DNA of 64,000 bases from an uncultured candidatus Porisulfidus sp. GTDB lineage: Bacteria > Pseudomonadota > Gammaproteobacteria > Poriferisulfidales > Poriferisulfidaceae. The notes beneath the pieces were generated by a model that did no database searches, was not told where the DNA came from, and saw only the letters and a list, made by a program, of their open reading frames with translations. Location: the NCBI GenBank assembly GCA_963668445.1, contig OY764335.1:918346-982345 (forward strand), read 5' to 3'. Made by a program: the position numbers and the translations under genes. Positions within the stretch are counted from its first letter, which is position 1. The number at the start of each line of letters is the position of its first letter. Below, piece after piece: positions 1 to 11,636 of the stretch.

Positions 1-435
1 GAGGACGCGCATACTCTGTATGGATTCGCTGACGACGCGGAACGGGAATTGTTCGGCCAGCTCCTGCGCATTTCCGGCATCGGCGCCCGAACCGCATTGG
101 CGATCCTCTCGACCTTGCCTGGCGCGGCGTTGCGCGGGCATGTCGAGTCTGGGGACATGGCGGCGCTCGTTCGTGTGCCGGGCATCGGCAAGAAGACCGC
201 GCAGCGGCTGCTTCTGGAACTTCGGGACATGCTGCAGGCAGGTTCCGAACTGGACGCGTCCGCACCGGCGACGCCGCAGCACGAAGCGGAACAGGCTCTG
301 GTGCGGCTGGGCTGGAAGCCTGCTGAAGCGCGGCGCATGGTGGCGGCCTGCGACGAGGGGCAAAGCCAGGATGCGGAAGCCCTCATTCGGCAAGCATTGC
401 AGGCCAGTTATGCGGCCACGAGTAGCCGGCGATGA
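1..435 (+). CDS. ruvA: Holliday junction DNA helicase RuvA, 5-prime truncated by the window edge
   Basis: Frame-1 translation from nt 1 reads ...[32 protein letters not shown]...[18 protein letters not shown], matching RuvA domains II/III; stop at 433-435 overlaps the ruvB start. Confidence 0.9.
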   Translation, partial: EDAHTLYGFADDAERELFGQLLRISGIGARTALAILSTLPGAALRGHVESGDMAALVRVPGIGKKTAQRLLLELRDMLQAGSELDASAPATPQHEAEQALVRLGWKPAEARRMVAACDEGQSQDAEALIRQALQASYAATSSRR

Positions 436-1469
436 GCGATGAGAACCTATTGGACCGCGAAGCCGAAGGGCGCGGCGAATTGGAGTTCGAAGGCAATGTC
501 CGTCCGCGCCAGTTGGCGGAGTTCATCGGCCAGCCGGAATTGCGCGACCAGTTCGGCGTCTACCTCGAGGCGGCGCGCCGGCGCGGGAGCACGCTGGACC
601 ACGTGCTGGTATTCGGTCCGCCGGGGCTCGGCAAGACCACGCTGTCGCATATCATCGCGCATGAGATGGGGGCGCAATTGCGGCAGTCGTCGGGCCCGGT
701 CCTCGAACGCGGCGGCGATTTGGCGGCCATCCTGACCAGTCTGCAACCCGGCGATGTTCTGTTCATCGACGAAATCCATCGCCTGCAGCCGGCTGTGGAG
801 GAGATTCTGTATCCGGCCCTCGAAGATTCCCGCATTGATCTGATGATCGGCGAAGGCGCGGCGGCGCGTTCGATCCAGATTGATCTGACGCCGTTCACGC
901 TGGTCGGCGCGACCACTCGCAGCGGCCTTCTGACAGCGCCGCTGCTGTCGCGTTTCGGCATCCAAGGGCGGCTGGATTTTTACTCTGCGGAGGAATTGGC
1001 GAAGATCGTCGCCCGGTCGGCGAAAATCCTTTCCATTCCCATCGATGCAGGCGGCGCTTTGGAGATCGGGCGCCGGGCCCGTGGCACGCCCCGCATTGCG
1101 AACCGTTTGTTGCGCCGCGTGCGCGATTATGCCGAGGTCCGTGCCGACGGCCGCATCAATGCGCCAGTGGCCGAGCAGGCATTGGAATTCATGAAGGTGG
1201 ATCGCTGCGGCATCAACGATCTGGATCGTGAATACCTGCGTACCATCCTCGTCAAGTTCGGCGGCGGGCCGGTCGGCATTGACAGCATTTCGGTGGCGGT
1301 CAACGAAGAGCGCGGCACGCTGGAGGAAGTGGTGGAGCCGTACCTGATCCAGCAGGGCTTTCTGAAGCGGACGCCGCGCGGGCGCATGGCGACGCCGCGC
1401 GCCCGTGCGCACTTGGGCTTGGAAGCGCCGCCGGAGTCCAGCCAACTGCCGCTGTCGGAGGAGGCTTGA
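432..1469 (+). CDS. ruvB: Holliday junction ATP-dependent DNA helicase RuvB
   Basis: Walker [11 protein letters not shown] and FIDEIHRL motif; 345 aa; 4-nt overlap with ruvA. Confidence 0.95.
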   Translation: MSDENLLDREAEGRGELEFEGNVRPRQLAEFIGQPELRDQFGVYLEAARRRGSTLDHVLVFGPPGLGKTTLSHIIAHEMGAQLRQSSGPVLERGGDLAAILTSLQPGDVLFIDEIHRLQPAVEEILYPALEDSRIDLMIGEGAAARSIQIDLTPFTLVGATTRSGLLTAPLLSRFGIQGRLDFYSAEELAKIVARSAKILSIPIDAGGALEIGRRARGTPRIANRLLRRVRDYAEVRADGRINAPVAEQALEFMKVDRCGINDLDREYLRTILVKFGGGPVGIDSISVAVNEERGTLEEVVEPYLIQQGFLKRTPRGRMATPRARAHLGLEAPPESSQLPLSEEA

Positions 1470-1868
1470 ATGCATAGGTTGCCGGTGCGGGTGTATTATG
1501 AGGATACCGATGCCGAGGGTGTGCTTTATCATGCGGCTACGATCCGCTACCTGGACCGTGGCCGCACTGAGTGGCTGCGGGCCGCGGGACACCTCTTGCG
1601 GCATATGGCAGAGGCGGAACGACGGGTGTTCGCCGTGCATTCGCTGACAGTCCGCTATCTGGGCATGGGCCGCTTGGATGACGAACTGACGGTGCATACG
1701 CGCCTGTCCGCTCGCGGACGCGCGTCGCTCGATTTTGAACAAAGCCTATGGAGGGAGCAGGAATGCTTGGCGCAGGCGGAGATTCGGGTGGCATGCCTGA
1801 ATGTGGAGACGGGGCGTCCGGCGGCAGTGCCGGAGCTAAGGCCTGACGAGGAACCGGACGATGCATGA
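1470..1868 (+). CDS. ybgC: Tol-Pal-associated acyl-CoA thioesterase YbgC (hotdog fold)
   Basis: 132 aa; N-terminus VYYEDTDAEGVLYHA typical of 4HBT thioesterases; sits immediately upstream of tolQ. Confidence 0.8.
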   Translation: MHRLPVRVYYEDTDAEGVLYHAATIRYLDRGRTEWLRAAGHLLRHMAEAERRVFAVHSLTVRYLGMGRLDDELTVHTRLSARGRASLDFEQSLWREQECLAQAEIRVACLNVETGRPAAVPELRPDEEPDDA

Positions 1869-2538
1869 ATTCACGCTTTTGGGCATGCTGACGCAGGCTT
1901 CGACAGTTGTGCAGGCTGTCATGCTGCTGCTGCTGCTTGCCTCGATCGCGTCGTGGGCCATCATCCTCAACAAGTCGCGCGTCCTGAACGTCCATCAGAA
2001 GGATGCGCGCAAGTTCGAAGATCGATTCTGGCAAGGCGTCGATCTGTCGCAGCTGTATGGGCAGCTGCGCCAGCGGAAATCGCATTCGGCGCTGGAGGAA
2101 GTGTTTTGCTTGGGCTTTCGCGAATACGTGCAACTGACCCGGAATCGGCAGGTTTCGCTGGATAGCATCAACCATACGGCGGTGCGCAGCATGCGCGTCG
2201 CGCTGTCGCGCAATGTCGAACATCTGGAAACGCATTTGCCGACGCTGGCGACCATCGGCTCCACCAGCCCCTACATCGGCTTGTTCGGCACGGTGTGGGG
2301 CATCATCAACGCATTCCATTCGCTGGACCCGACGCAGGGTGCGTCAATGCTGATTTCCATTGCACCCGGAATCTCGGAGGCTTTGGTGGCGACCGCCTTG
2401 GGCTTGTTCGCAGCCATCCCCGCGGTCATTGCCTATAATCGCTTCACCGACCGGGTGGACAAGTTGCAAGTGCAGTACAGCAACTTCATTGAAGAGTTCA
2501 CCGCGCTGCTGCAGCGCGAATCGCTGCAGAGCGACTAG
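1861..2538 (+). CDS. tolQ: Tol-Pal system protein TolQ (MotA/ExbB family)
   Basis: 225 aa; GLFGTVWGIINAF and IAPGISEALVATALGLFAAIPAVIAYN signatures. Confidence 0.9.
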   Translation: MHEFTLLGMLTQASTVVQAVMLLLLLASIASWAIILNKSRVLNVHQKDARKFEDRFWQGVDLSQLYGQLRQRKSHSALEEVFCLGFREYVQLTRNRQVSLDSINHTAVRSMRVALSRNVEHLETHLPTLATIGSTSPYIGLFGTVWGIINAFHSLDPTQGASMLISIAPGISEALVATALGLFAAIPAVIAYNRFTDRVDKLQVQYSNFIEEFTALLQRESLQSD

Positions 2539-2541
2539 GCC

Positions 2542-2976
2542 ATGGCTCCGCTGCAGACCACCCGCCGCCACATGGCGCAGATCAACATCGTGCCGTACAT
2601 CGATGTCATGCTGGTGCTGCTGCTTATCTTCATGATTGCAACTCCCTTGATGCAGCAAGGCATGCTGATCGATTTGCCGAAAGCGCCGTCGGAGCCTGTC
2701 GAGCCGGAACCGTACCACGAGCCGCTGGTGCTGGAAATCAATCGCGACGGCGAATTGCGGCTGGTGCGCGAAGGGACGTTCTCCAATGCGGTTGCCGAAT
2801 CGGACTTGCCGGGCCTGGTTGAGGCCATGATGCGCGAGGGCGGCGATGAGACGCTGTATGTGCGTGCGGACGCAGGGCTGCCGTACGGCACCGTGGTGGC
2901 GGCCGTCGCCCGGCTCAGCCAAGCCGGCGTGACGGCTTTGAGCCTGCTGACGCAGCCGCCGGCGGAATCCCCATGA
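2542..2976 (+). CDS. tolR: Tol-Pal system protein TolR (ExbD family)
   Basis: 144 aa; TM segment INIVPYIDVMLVLLLIFM with the conserved Asp. Confidence 0.9.
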   Translation: MAPLQTTRRHMAQINIVPYIDVMLVLLLIFMIATPLMQQGMLIDLPKAPSEPVEPEPYHEPLVLEINRDGELRLVREGTFSNAVAESDLPGLVEAMMREGGDETLYVRADAGLPYGTVVAAVARLSQAGVTALSLLTQPPAESP

Positions 2977-3809
2977 TCGTTTCGCCGCGTTCCGTCGGCA
3001 GGGCGCAGCACCGCTTTGGCACTTGGGCCTGGGTCGGCGCCGTGGCCGTGCATGTCGGCATTTTCGCCGCGCTGCAGTTCGGCAGCACTCCGCCAGCCCG
3101 CTCCAGCATCTCGTTGCCGCCAGCGACCGAAGCGATCCGGGTCCAAGCCATGGATGCGGAAGTCCTGCGCAAGCGGCGTGCGGCGCATCAGCGGGCGCTA
3201 CGCGAATTGGAGCAAGCCCGGCAACGTGAAGCGCAAGCCAAAGAAGCCGAACGGCTGCGGCAGCAGGCATTGCGCCAAGCGGCCGAGCGCAAACGCCGCG
3301 AAGCCAAGCAGCAAGCGAAACGGAAACGTGCCGAAGAGGAGCAGCGCCGGCGCGAGGCCGCGCAGCGCGAAGCGGAGAAACTCCGGGAGGCTAAGGCTGC
3401 GGCGATGCGGGCCGAAGCCGAACGGCAGGCCAAAGTGCTGAAGGAGCAGCTGGCACGGGCAGAGCGGGTCGCCGGCCAGAGGCGAGCGGAGCAAATGCGC
3501 AAGCAGCGCCGGGAGGCGGAGAGGCGCAGCCGTCTGCTCGGCGAGTGGACCGTGGCCATTCGAGCGCGCATTGAAAATCTTTGGCGGCCGCCGCCAACGG
3601 CGGCAAGCCGGCCCTGCGAAGCCGTTGTCGAACAGAGCAAACACGGCGAGGTGCTATCGGTCAAAGTGCGCAACTGCACCGCCTCCCAAGCTTGGCAGGA
3701 TTCCCTGCGCAACGCCGTGCTCAAGGCAAGCCCGTTGCCGGCCGCGCCGCACAAGAATCTGTTCGAGCGGCGGCTGGTCATTACGTTCCATCCCAAGGAG
3801 CGCGACTGA
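2973..3809 (+). CDS. tolA: Tol-Pal system protein TolA
   Basis: N-terminal TM segment, long A/E/K/R-rich helical region, C-terminal globular domain; position between tolR and tolB. Confidence 0.8.
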   Translation: MIVSPRSVGRAQHRFGTWAWVGAVAVHVGIFAALQFGSTPPARSSISLPPATEAIRVQAMDAEVLRKRRAAHQRALRELEQARQREAQAKEAERLRQQALRQAAERKRREAKQQAKRKRAEEEQRRREAAQREAEKLREAKAAAMRAEAERQAKVLKEQLARAERVAGQRRAEQMRKQRREAERRSRLLGEWTVAIRARIENLWRPPPTAASRPCEAVVEQSKHGEVLSVKVRNCTASQAWQDSLRNAVLKASPLPAAPHKNLFERRLVITFHPKERD

Positions 3810-5113
3810 TGGGGGTTCGATTGCGACTGTTGGCGCTGCTGGCTCTGGCATGGCCGCCGCTCGGCCAGGCCGAACTGCTTCTGGATGTGCGCGAGGGCGT
3901 GGAAGGCGGCATTCTGATTGCGGTCGCGCCGGTCGGCGCATCCAGTCGGGAACTGGCGGATGTGGTCCGATGGGATCTGTCGTTCAGCCCGGCCTTCGAA
4001 GTGCTGCAGCCCGGCAAAATGCCGCAAGCCGTCCTGTCCGGTCATACACCGAATTGGGCAGATTGGCGCCAGCGCCCGGTCGAGTACCTGCTGACGGTCG
4101 AGAGCCAAGAACTGGGGAACGATCGGGTCGGGCTGAAGTTCCATCTGCAGGATGTGCTGCGCGGACGCACGATCTTGGCGCGCCGGCTGGCAGTCGCGCA
4201 GCGGTTCCATCGGCGTCTCGCGCATCAGACGGCCGATGCCGTGCATGAGCACCTTACCGGGGTTCCGGGCGCATTCGATACGCGCATGGCATACATCAGC
4301 CAAAGCGGGAGCGGCCGCAAGGCCCGCTACCGCCTGTATGTCTCCGACATTGACGGGCATCGGCCGGTAGCATTGCTCGAGTCGCCGCACCCGTTGCTGT
4401 CGCCGGACTGGTCGCCGGACGGGAAGCAACTGGCCTACGTGTCGTTCGAACTCGGGCACGCGCAAGTGTACGTGCACCACTTGGCGAAAGGCGCCCGCCG
4501 GCCCTTGCCTTATGACGGAGCCCACTCCAGTGCGCCGGACTGGTCGCCGGACGGGCGGCAGCTGGCGATGGCGATGACCATTGAAGGGGATACGGAAATC
4601 TTCATCTACACGCTGGCGACAAACACGCTGCGCCGCCTCACGCGCAGCCGGGGCATCGATACGGAGCCGGTCTGGACGGCGGACGGCAAGGCGCTGGTCT
4701 TTACGTCGGGACGCTCCGGCCAGCCACGGCTCTACCGGCAGGCCGTGCATGGCGCGGCGGCATCCGTGCTCCCGATCGCGGGCCGCTACAGCGCATCTGC
4801 GGATGCCTCGCTTGACGGACGCTATCTGGCATTCGTGCAGTCCACCCCGCAGGGCGGCTTCGGCATTGCGCTGTACGAGACGGCAAGCGAGGTTGTGCAT
4901 CCGCTGTCGTCCGGCGGTCTGGACGAAGCGCCGTCGTTTGCGCCCAACGGGCTCGGCTTGCTGTATGCCAATACCATGCGCAGCAGGAAGCGGGGCGGGA
5001 AGGCCGGGAAGCAAGTGCTGACGCGAACCAGTCGTGATGGTACAATCCAACGGCAGTTGGACATCCCGCAGGCGAATGTACGGGAGCCTGCATGGTCCCC
5101 TTACCGCCACTGA
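3809..5113 (+). CDS. tolB: Tol-Pal system beta-propeller protein TolB
   Basis: ATG at 3809 overlaps the tolA stop (TGATG); signal peptide MGVRLRLLALLALAWPPLGQA; repeated DWSPDG propeller motifs. The long ORF-track start at 3581 was rejected. Confidence 0.9.
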   Translation: MGVRLRLLALLALAWPPLGQAELLLDVREGVEGGILIAVAPVGASSRELADVVRWDLSFSPAFEVLQPGKMPQAVLSGHTPNWADWRQRPVEYLLTVESQELGNDRVGLKFHLQDVLRGRTILARRLAVAQRFHRRLAHQTADAVHEHLTGVPGAFDTRMAYISQSGSGRKARYRLYVSDIDGHRPVALLESPHPLLSPDWSPDGKQLAYVSFELGHAQVYVHHLAKGARRPLPYDGAHSSAPDWSPDGRQLAMAMTIEGDTEIFIYTLATNTLRRLTRSRGIDTEPVWTADGKALVFTSGRSGQPRLYRQAVHGAAASVLPIAGRYSASADASLDGRYLAFVQSTPQGGFGIALYETASEVVHPLSSGGLDEAPSFAPNGLGLLYANTMRSRKRGGKAGKQVLTRTSRDGTIQRQLDIPQANVREPAWSPYRH

Positions 5114-5124
5114 TGGTTTTGATT

Positions 5125-5715
5125 ATGGAATTGCCACTCTCGAGATATGTGCTGCTATTGACTCTGCCGCTACTTGGCGCATGCAGCAGCGAAAAAGACG
5201 AACCGCCGCTTGACGCACTGGATCCGCCGGCGGCCTTGCTGGAGGAGGAACAGCCGCAGCAGCCTCAGGACGGCGTCAAAACAACGCGCTTGGATGACGA
5301 TGGCAATATCCTTTCCGACGAAATAGTACACGACGAAGATAGCGGCGAATTCGCGGCGGCGGACGACATGGAATCGCTGCCGGCGCAAGGCACCACCGTG
5401 TACTTCGGCTACGACAGCACCGATATCGACTCCCAATACATGGGCATCATCCAGAAAGTGGCCGACCGTCTGCACAGCAATTCGTCCGCGACGGTGCGTT
5501 TGGAGGGCCATACGGACGAACGCGGCTCCCGAACATACAATTTGGCGCTTGGCGAGCGACGGGCGCAAAGCGTGCTAGATTTGCTGCTGGAGAAGAATGT
5601 GCTGCCCGAACAAGTGGACTGGGTCAGCTATGGCGAAGAGATTCCGGCGGTGACCGGGCAGGGCGAAGAGGTCTGGAGGAAGAATCGCCGGGTCGAAATG
5701 ATTCTGGACGAATGA
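5125..5715 (+). CDS. pal: Peptidoglycan-associated lipoprotein Pal (OmpA-like)
   Basis: Signal peptide with lipobox LLGAC; OmpA-like motifs VRLEGHTDERGSRTYNLALGERRA; start chosen at the ATG just before the signal peptide. Confidence 0.9.
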   Translation: MELPLSRYVLLLTLPLLGACSSEKDEPPLDALDPPAALLEEEQPQQPQDGVKTTRLDDDGNILSDEIVHDEDSGEFAAADDMESLPAQGTTVYFGYDSTDIDSQYMGIIQKVADRLHSNSSATVRLEGHTDERGSRTYNLALGERRAQSVLDLLLEKNVLPEQVDWVSYGEEIPAVTGQGEEVWRKNRRVEMILDE

Positions 5716-6497
5716 TGCGCCCGTGCAGGCCGCATCGGATCGGACGCATTCTGGCGGCGGCGTGCGGGCTTGCGCTCGCGGCAAACGCAGGAGCGGAAAC
5801 CGTCCCGCCGGCATCCGGCCCGGAGCAGTTGGATGAGGTCCGCGCCGAGTTGGAACGCTTGGAAGCGTCCGTGCAAGCGTTGCGGCGCGCATTGGAAGCC
5901 TACGCGCAAAATCAGGCAGAATTCGATGCGCCGCCGGTCTCGGCCGAGCGTACGGATGCGCCGCCGCCAGAAGCCGACCTTGCGGTTCAGTCCGGCGCAG
6001 CCGAATCGGATGCCGAGCAGATGCTGGCGCTTGAAGAACCGGCGACCCAAGAACAGTCTGCCGAGCCGCCGCCGGCAGAGGGGGACGCCCTCCGGTTCGT
6101 GGTGCTTGATCCCCCCTTGGAAATGCTGCGCCAGGGCCGCGAAGCGTTTCACGACCGCGAATTCTATGCGGCTGAGAAGAAGTTCCGTGAGTTTTTGGAC
6201 CGCTACCCCAAACATGTTGAGGCGCTGTCGGTTCGCCATTGGCTTGGCGAGACCTTGTATGAACAGGGTGCTTACCAAGCCGCCATTCAGGAATTTGGCG
6301 CGGTGCTGGAGCATGGCAGCGGTCCTCGCCGTCTGGTCGCTCGTCTCAAAACCGGCTATGCGTGGTACGAATTGGGCGAATACGAGAAGGCCCAGGCCGC
6401 CTTGATGCAAGTGCAGGCCGAAGACCCGAACGGCAGTCTGGGCCGGCTTGCGCAGTTGCGTCTGGAGCGTCTGGAACGCCGAACCGGCTCCGAATAG
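5712..6497 (+). CDS. cpoB: Tol-Pal system protein CpoB/YbgF (TPR, coiled coil)
   Basis: Signal peptide, coiled-coil N-domain, TPR-like C-terminal repeats; conserved position after pal. Confidence 0.8.
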   Translation: MMRPCRPHRIGRILAAACGLALAANAGAETVPPASGPEQLDEVRAELERLEASVQALRRALEAYAQNQAEFDAPPVSAERTDAPPPEADLAVQSGAAESDAEQMLALEEPATQEQSAEPPPAEGDALRFVVLDPPLEMLRQGREAFHDREFYAAEKKFREFLDRYPKHVEALSVRHWLGETLYEQGAYQAAIQEFGAVLEHGSGPRRLVARLKTGYAWYELGEYEKAQAALMQVQAEDPNGSLGRLAQLRLERLERRTGSE

Positions 6498-7153
6498 TGG
6501 TGCGTGCGGAAAACGGCGGCGTGCGATTGCGCGTCACGGAGATCTTCCATTCCATTCAGGGCGAAGGGGCGGCGAGCGGCTGGCCCAGCGCCTTCGTGCG
6601 CCTCACCGGCTGCCCGCTGCGTTGCCAATATTGCGATACGGCCTATGCGTTTACGGAAGGCGCATGGCGGACGCTGCCGGATATTTTGCAGGCGGTGGCC
6701 ACGCAGCCGACGCGGAATGTGTGCGTGACCGGCGGCGAACCGCTTGCGCAGCCGGACTGCCATGCATTGCTGGAGGCTTTGTGCGATGCCGGATACGCGG
6801 TCACGCTCGAGACCGGCGGCGCCTTGCCGATTGCCGACGTGGATGCCCGGGTGCAGCGGGCGCTTGACATTAAGACGCCGGACAGCGGCGAAGTCGACCG
6901 CAACGATTGGCACAATCTGGATAGCTTGCAGGCCACGGATTTCGTAAAGTTCGTCATCTGCTCGCGGGCCGATTACGTCTGGGCGCGGACATGCGTGCGT
7001 GAACGCGAATGGGCGTGCGACGTGTTCTTCTCGCCGGCATGGGGGCAGCTGGATGCCGGGCAGTTGGGCGAATGGATCGTGGCCGATGCCTTGCCGGTGC
7101 GCATGCAAGTGCAATTGCACAAGATTTTGTGGGGCGATGTCCGCGGACGCTAG
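6497..7153 (+). CDS. queE: 7-carboxy-7-deazaguanine synthase QueE (radical SAM)
   Basis: [10 protein letters not shown] and [10 protein letters not shown] radical-SAM cluster motif; no in-frame ATG nearby; probable GTG start at 6497 overlapping the cpoB stop. Confidence 0.8.
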   Translation: MVRAENGGVRLRVTEIFHSIQGEGAASGWPSAFVRLTGCPLRCQYCDTAYAFTEGAWRTLPDILQAVATQPTRNVCVTGGEPLAQPDCHALLEALCDAGYAVTLETGGALPIADVDARVQRALDIKTPDSGEVDRNDWHNLDSLQATDFVKFVICSRADYVWARTCVREREWACDVFFSPAWGQLDAGQLGEWIVADALPVRMQVQLHKILWGDVRGR

Positions 7154-7823
7154 GCCGCTGGTGCTGCTGCTGTCCGGAGGCATGGACTCAGCCACGGCGC
7201 TGGGCTGGGCGCTGGCGCACGGCTGGCAGCCCGTCGCAATGAGTTTCCGGTACGGGCAGCGCCATGCGGCCGAAGTGCAGGCCGCACGCCGTTTGGCGCA
7301 GCAAGCCGGTTGCGAACACGTCGAAATGGAGCTGAATCTGGCGCAATTCGGGGCTTCGGCCTTGACGGATGCGGCGCTGGATGTTCCGGAAGGGCCGGAT
7401 GCGGGAATTCCGGCCACGTACGTGCCGGCCCGCAATACGGTATTCCTGTCCGTCGCTCTGGCTCTGGCTGAGGCACGCGGCATCCATGACTTGTGCCTCG
7501 GCGTCAATGCGGTCGATTATTCGGGCTATCCGGATTGCCGCAAGGCCTTCATCGACGCGTTCGAAGCCATGGCGAACTTGGCGACGCGCGATGGCGTGGA
7601 GGGCCGGCCGTTCCGCATCCATGCGCCGCTGATCGATTGGTCCAAGGCCGAAATCATCCAAGCCGGGACGCAGTGGGGTGTGGATTACGCTCTGACCGTG
7701 TCCTGCTATCAGGCGGACGGCGAAGGACGCGCCTGCGGCCGCTGCGAAGCCTGCCGTCTGCGCCGCGAAGGCTTCGCGGAGGCGCAAATCCCCGACGCCA
7801 CGCGCTATCAGCCCGCTCGCTAG
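7137..7823 (+). CDS. queC: 7-cyano-7-deazaguanine synthase QueC
   Basis: PP-loop [11 protein letters not shown]; C-terminal zinc-site cysteines CGRCEAC; 17-nt overlap with queE. Confidence 0.9.
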   Translation: MSADARPLVLLLSGGMDSATALGWALAHGWQPVAMSFRYGQRHAAEVQAARRLAQQAGCEHVEMELNLAQFGASALTDAALDVPEGPDAGIPATYVPARNTVFLSVALALAEARGIHDLCLGVNAVDYSGYPDCRKAFIDAFEAMANLATRDGVEGRPFRIHAPLIDWSKAEIIQAGTQWGVDYALTVSCYQADGEGRACGRCEACRLRREGFAEAQIPDATRYQPAR

Positions 7824-7894
7824 GGCGGGAAGCCGCCTGCCCGGTATAATGGACATGCGCATTTGGCGGGCATCGACAGGAGGAAACGCAGGCC

Positions 7895-8983
7895 ATGCCT
7901 CTGGATAGGGAACAGATTGAAAACGCACTCAAGGATGTCCAGGACCCTGCGGCCGGCGTCGATTTGATTGCGGCCCGAGCGCTCGGCGATATCGCCGTCG
8001 ACGGCAATGCGGCAAGCATCTCCATTCGTCTGGGCTATCCGGCCAAGAGCATTTGCGAGGAACTGGCGCAGACAGTGAAAGGGCGCTTGGCACAGCTCGA
8101 TGGGCAGGCGAGTTTCGAAGTGGACGTGGGTTGGGATATCCAGTCGCATTCCGTGCAGAAGAATCTCAAGCCGATGGAGAACATCAAGAATGTGTTGGCG
8201 GTTGCGTCCGGCAAGGGCGGCGTCGGCAAATCGACGACCGCCATCAATCTGGCGCTGGCGCTGTCGGCGGAAGGCGCCACCGTCGGCATGCTGGATGCCG
8301 ACATCTACGGACCTAGCCAGCCGCGCATGTTGGGCATTTCGGGTCAACCGGATTCGCAGGACGGCAAAAGCCTGGAGCCGATGACGGCACACGGGTTGCA
8401 GGCCATGTCGATCGGCTTCCTGATCGACGAGGAAACGCCGATGATCTGGCGCGGTCCCATGGTGACGCAGGCATTGGAGCAGCTGCTCAACGATACGCGC
8501 TGGCGCGGCTTGGACTATCTGGTGGTGGATCTGCCGCCGGGCACCGGCGACGTGCAACTGACGCTGGCGCAGAAAATCCCGGTCAGCGGCGCTGTGATCG
8601 TCACGACCCCACAGGACATCGCCTTGCTGGATGCGCGCAAGGGGCTCAAGATGTTCCGCAAGGTGGAAGTGCCCGTGCTGGGCGTCGTGGAAAACATGAG
8701 CCTGCACATCTGCAGCGAATGCGGGCACGAAGAGCCGATTTTCGGTTCCGGCGGCGGCGAGAGTTTGGCGCAGGAGAACGATGTGGAGCTGCTGGGGCAG
8801 TTGCCGCTGGACCGGCGCATCCGCGAAGAAACCGACAGCGGCCAGCCGACTGTGGTCGCTGCGCCGGAAGACCGCATTAGCCAGATATACCGCGACATCG
8901 CCCGCCGTGCGGCCGCACGGCTCGCTCAGCAGGCCCGCGACTACAGCGCCAAGTTCCCGCGGATCGTCATCCAGAACGATTGA
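7895..8983 (+). CDS. apbC: Fe-S cluster carrier ATPase ApbC/Mrp
   Basis: N-terminal DUF59-like region, deviant Walker A ASGKGGVGKSTT, CxxC motif (CSECGHE). Confidence 0.9.
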   Translation: MPLDREQIENALKDVQDPAAGVDLIAARALGDIAVDGNAASISIRLGYPAKSICEELAQTVKGRLAQLDGQASFEVDVGWDIQSHSVQKNLKPMENIKNVLAVASGKGGVGKSTTAINLALALSAEGATVGMLDADIYGPSQPRMLGISGQPDSQDGKSLEPMTAHGLQAMSIGFLIDEETPMIWRGPMVTQALEQLLNDTRWRGLDYLVVDLPPGTGDVQLTLAQKIPVSGAVIVTTPQDIALLDARKGLKMFRKVEVPVLGVVENMSLHICSECGHEEPIFGSGGGESLAQENDVELLGQLPLDRRIREETDSGQPTVVAAPEDRISQIYRDIARRAAARLAQQARDYSAKFPRIVIQND

Positions 8984-9550
8984 ATGGGCGTCAAGTCGGA
9001 TCAGTGGATTCGGCGCATGGCCGAAGAGCAGCGCCTGATCGAACCGTTCGAGCCGCGCCAAATCAGCGAGTCGGAAGATCGGCGCGTCATCTCCTACGGC
9101 ACCTCCAGCTACGGCTACGACATCCGCTGCTCGACGCATTTCAAGATTTTCACGAACATCAATTCGGCCATCGTCGATCCGAAGCAGTTCGCGGAGGACA
9201 GCTTCATCGACTACGAAGGCGACGTGTGCATCATTCCGCCGAACTCGTTCGTGCTGGCCAGCACCGTCGAATACCTGCGCCTGCCGCGGTCCGTGCTGGC
9301 CGTCTGCCTCGGCAAATCCACCTACGCCCGTTGCGGCATCATCGTCAATGTCACGCCGCTGGAGCCGGAATGGGAAGGCCATGTGACGCTGGAGTTTTCC
9401 AATACGACACCGTTGCCCGCCAAGGTCTATGCGAACGAGGGCGTGGCGCAGTTGGTGTTCTTCGAGGCGGATCAATTGTGCGAGGTCTCGTATGCGGACC
9501 GCAAGGGGAAGTATCAGAAGCAGCAGGGCGTGACGTTGCCGCGCGCCTGA
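8984..9550 (+). CDS. dcd: dCTP deaminase
   Basis: 188 aa; strongly conserved Dcd sequence (e.g. [19 protein letters not shown]). Confidence 0.9.
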   Translation: MGVKSDQWIRRMAEEQRLIEPFEPRQISESEDRRVISYGTSSYGYDIRCSTHFKIFTNINSAIVDPKQFAEDSFIDYEGDVCIIPPNSFVLASTVEYLRLPRSVLAVCLGKSTYARCGIIVNVTPLEPEWEGHVTLEFSNTTPLPAKVYANEGVAQLVFFEADQLCEVSYADRKGKYQKQQGVTLPRA

Positions 9551-9576
9551 GGCAGAAAGGCGCGAGGAATACGGCG

Positions 9577-9828
9577 ATGTCCAAATTGCGCATCTTGCGC
9601 CGCATCGTGGCGCTGGTGGTCGGCGGCATCATCCTGCTGGTCGGCGTGGTCATGTTCTTTACGCCAGGACCTGCGATTCTAGTCATTCCGGCCGGGTTGG
9701 CGATTCTGGCGACCGAATTCGCATGGGCCCGAAAGGTGCTGGCGTACTTTCGCGAAAGGGTAGCCCACGCCACGCAGCGCAACGACGGCTGGTGGAGTCG
9801 CCTGGCCCGGAAGTTTTCCAGAAAATAG
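9577..9828 (+). CDS. Small two-TM membrane protein, PGPGW-like (FTPGPAILVIP motif)
   Basis: 84-aa internal ATG-started ORF with two hydrophobic helices and a TPGP motif; the longer ORF-track version (8980..9828) overlaps dcd and was rejected. Confidence 0.45.
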   Translation: MSKLRILRRIVALVVGGIILLVGVVMFFTPGPAILVIPAGLAILATEFAWARKVLAYFRERVAHATQRNDGWWSRLARKFSRK

Positions 9829-9954
9829 TGCGGATTGAAGGGCGGAGATGCAGTAATCCGGCTGCCGCCGTACGGCAAATTGTAGAATGGGTGCCTAGGT
9901 GCGCTTGCTTCGCGGCCCCCGACGACTTCCTGCCGAATCCGAAACACGACTTGA

Positions 9955-11259
<1,305 letters not shown>

Positions 11260-11278
11260 CGGCCCGGGCGGCCCCGCC

Positions 11279-11590
11279 ATGCGCATACTGCTGTGGGGCA
11301 TGGGCGGGCTGCTGGCGGCGCTGCTGTACCTGCTGGTGCTTGGCGAAGGCGGCTTATGGGACTTGCGGGAACAGGTTCGCGAGCATCAGCGTTTGAAACT
11401 GGAAAATGAGAAGCTGGCCGAACGCAATCGGATACTGGCGGCCGAACTCGATAATTTGCGGGCCGGCGCGGCAGGCGTTGAAGGCATTTCACGCGAGGAA
11501 TTGGGCATGATTCGCGAAGGCGAAGAGTTCTACCAGTTCACCGGGCCCGAATTGAACGGCAAGGCGGCGGCGCCTTTGGAACAGCCATGA
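11279..11590 (+). CDS. ftsB: Cell division protein FtsB
   Basis: 103 aa; N-terminal TM plus a leucine-zipper-like coiled coil; conserved position after eno. Confidence 0.8.
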   Translation: MRILLWGMGGLLAALLYLLVLGEGGLWDLREQVREHQRLKLENEKLAERNRILAAELDNLRAGAAGVEGISREELGMIREGEEFYQFTGPELNGKAAAPLEQP

Positions 11591-11636
11591 GCATGCCGCC
11601 ATGCCCGATGCTTCTTGCCGGTGCTGGAACGGGCCG

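Noticed and set aside
447-1742. 431-aa minus-strand ORF antisense to ruvB
   Set aside because: Same reasoning; ruvB on the + strand is unambiguous.
3188-5110. 640-aa minus-strand ORF
   Set aside because: It is antisense to tolA/tolB, its composition is Arg/Ala-rich with no domain, and the + strand genes have strong homology. It is a typical spurious long ORF in high-GC DNA.
7820-9475. 551-aa minus-strand ORF antisense to apbC and dcd
   Set aside because: Spurious; it spans two unrelated + strand genes.
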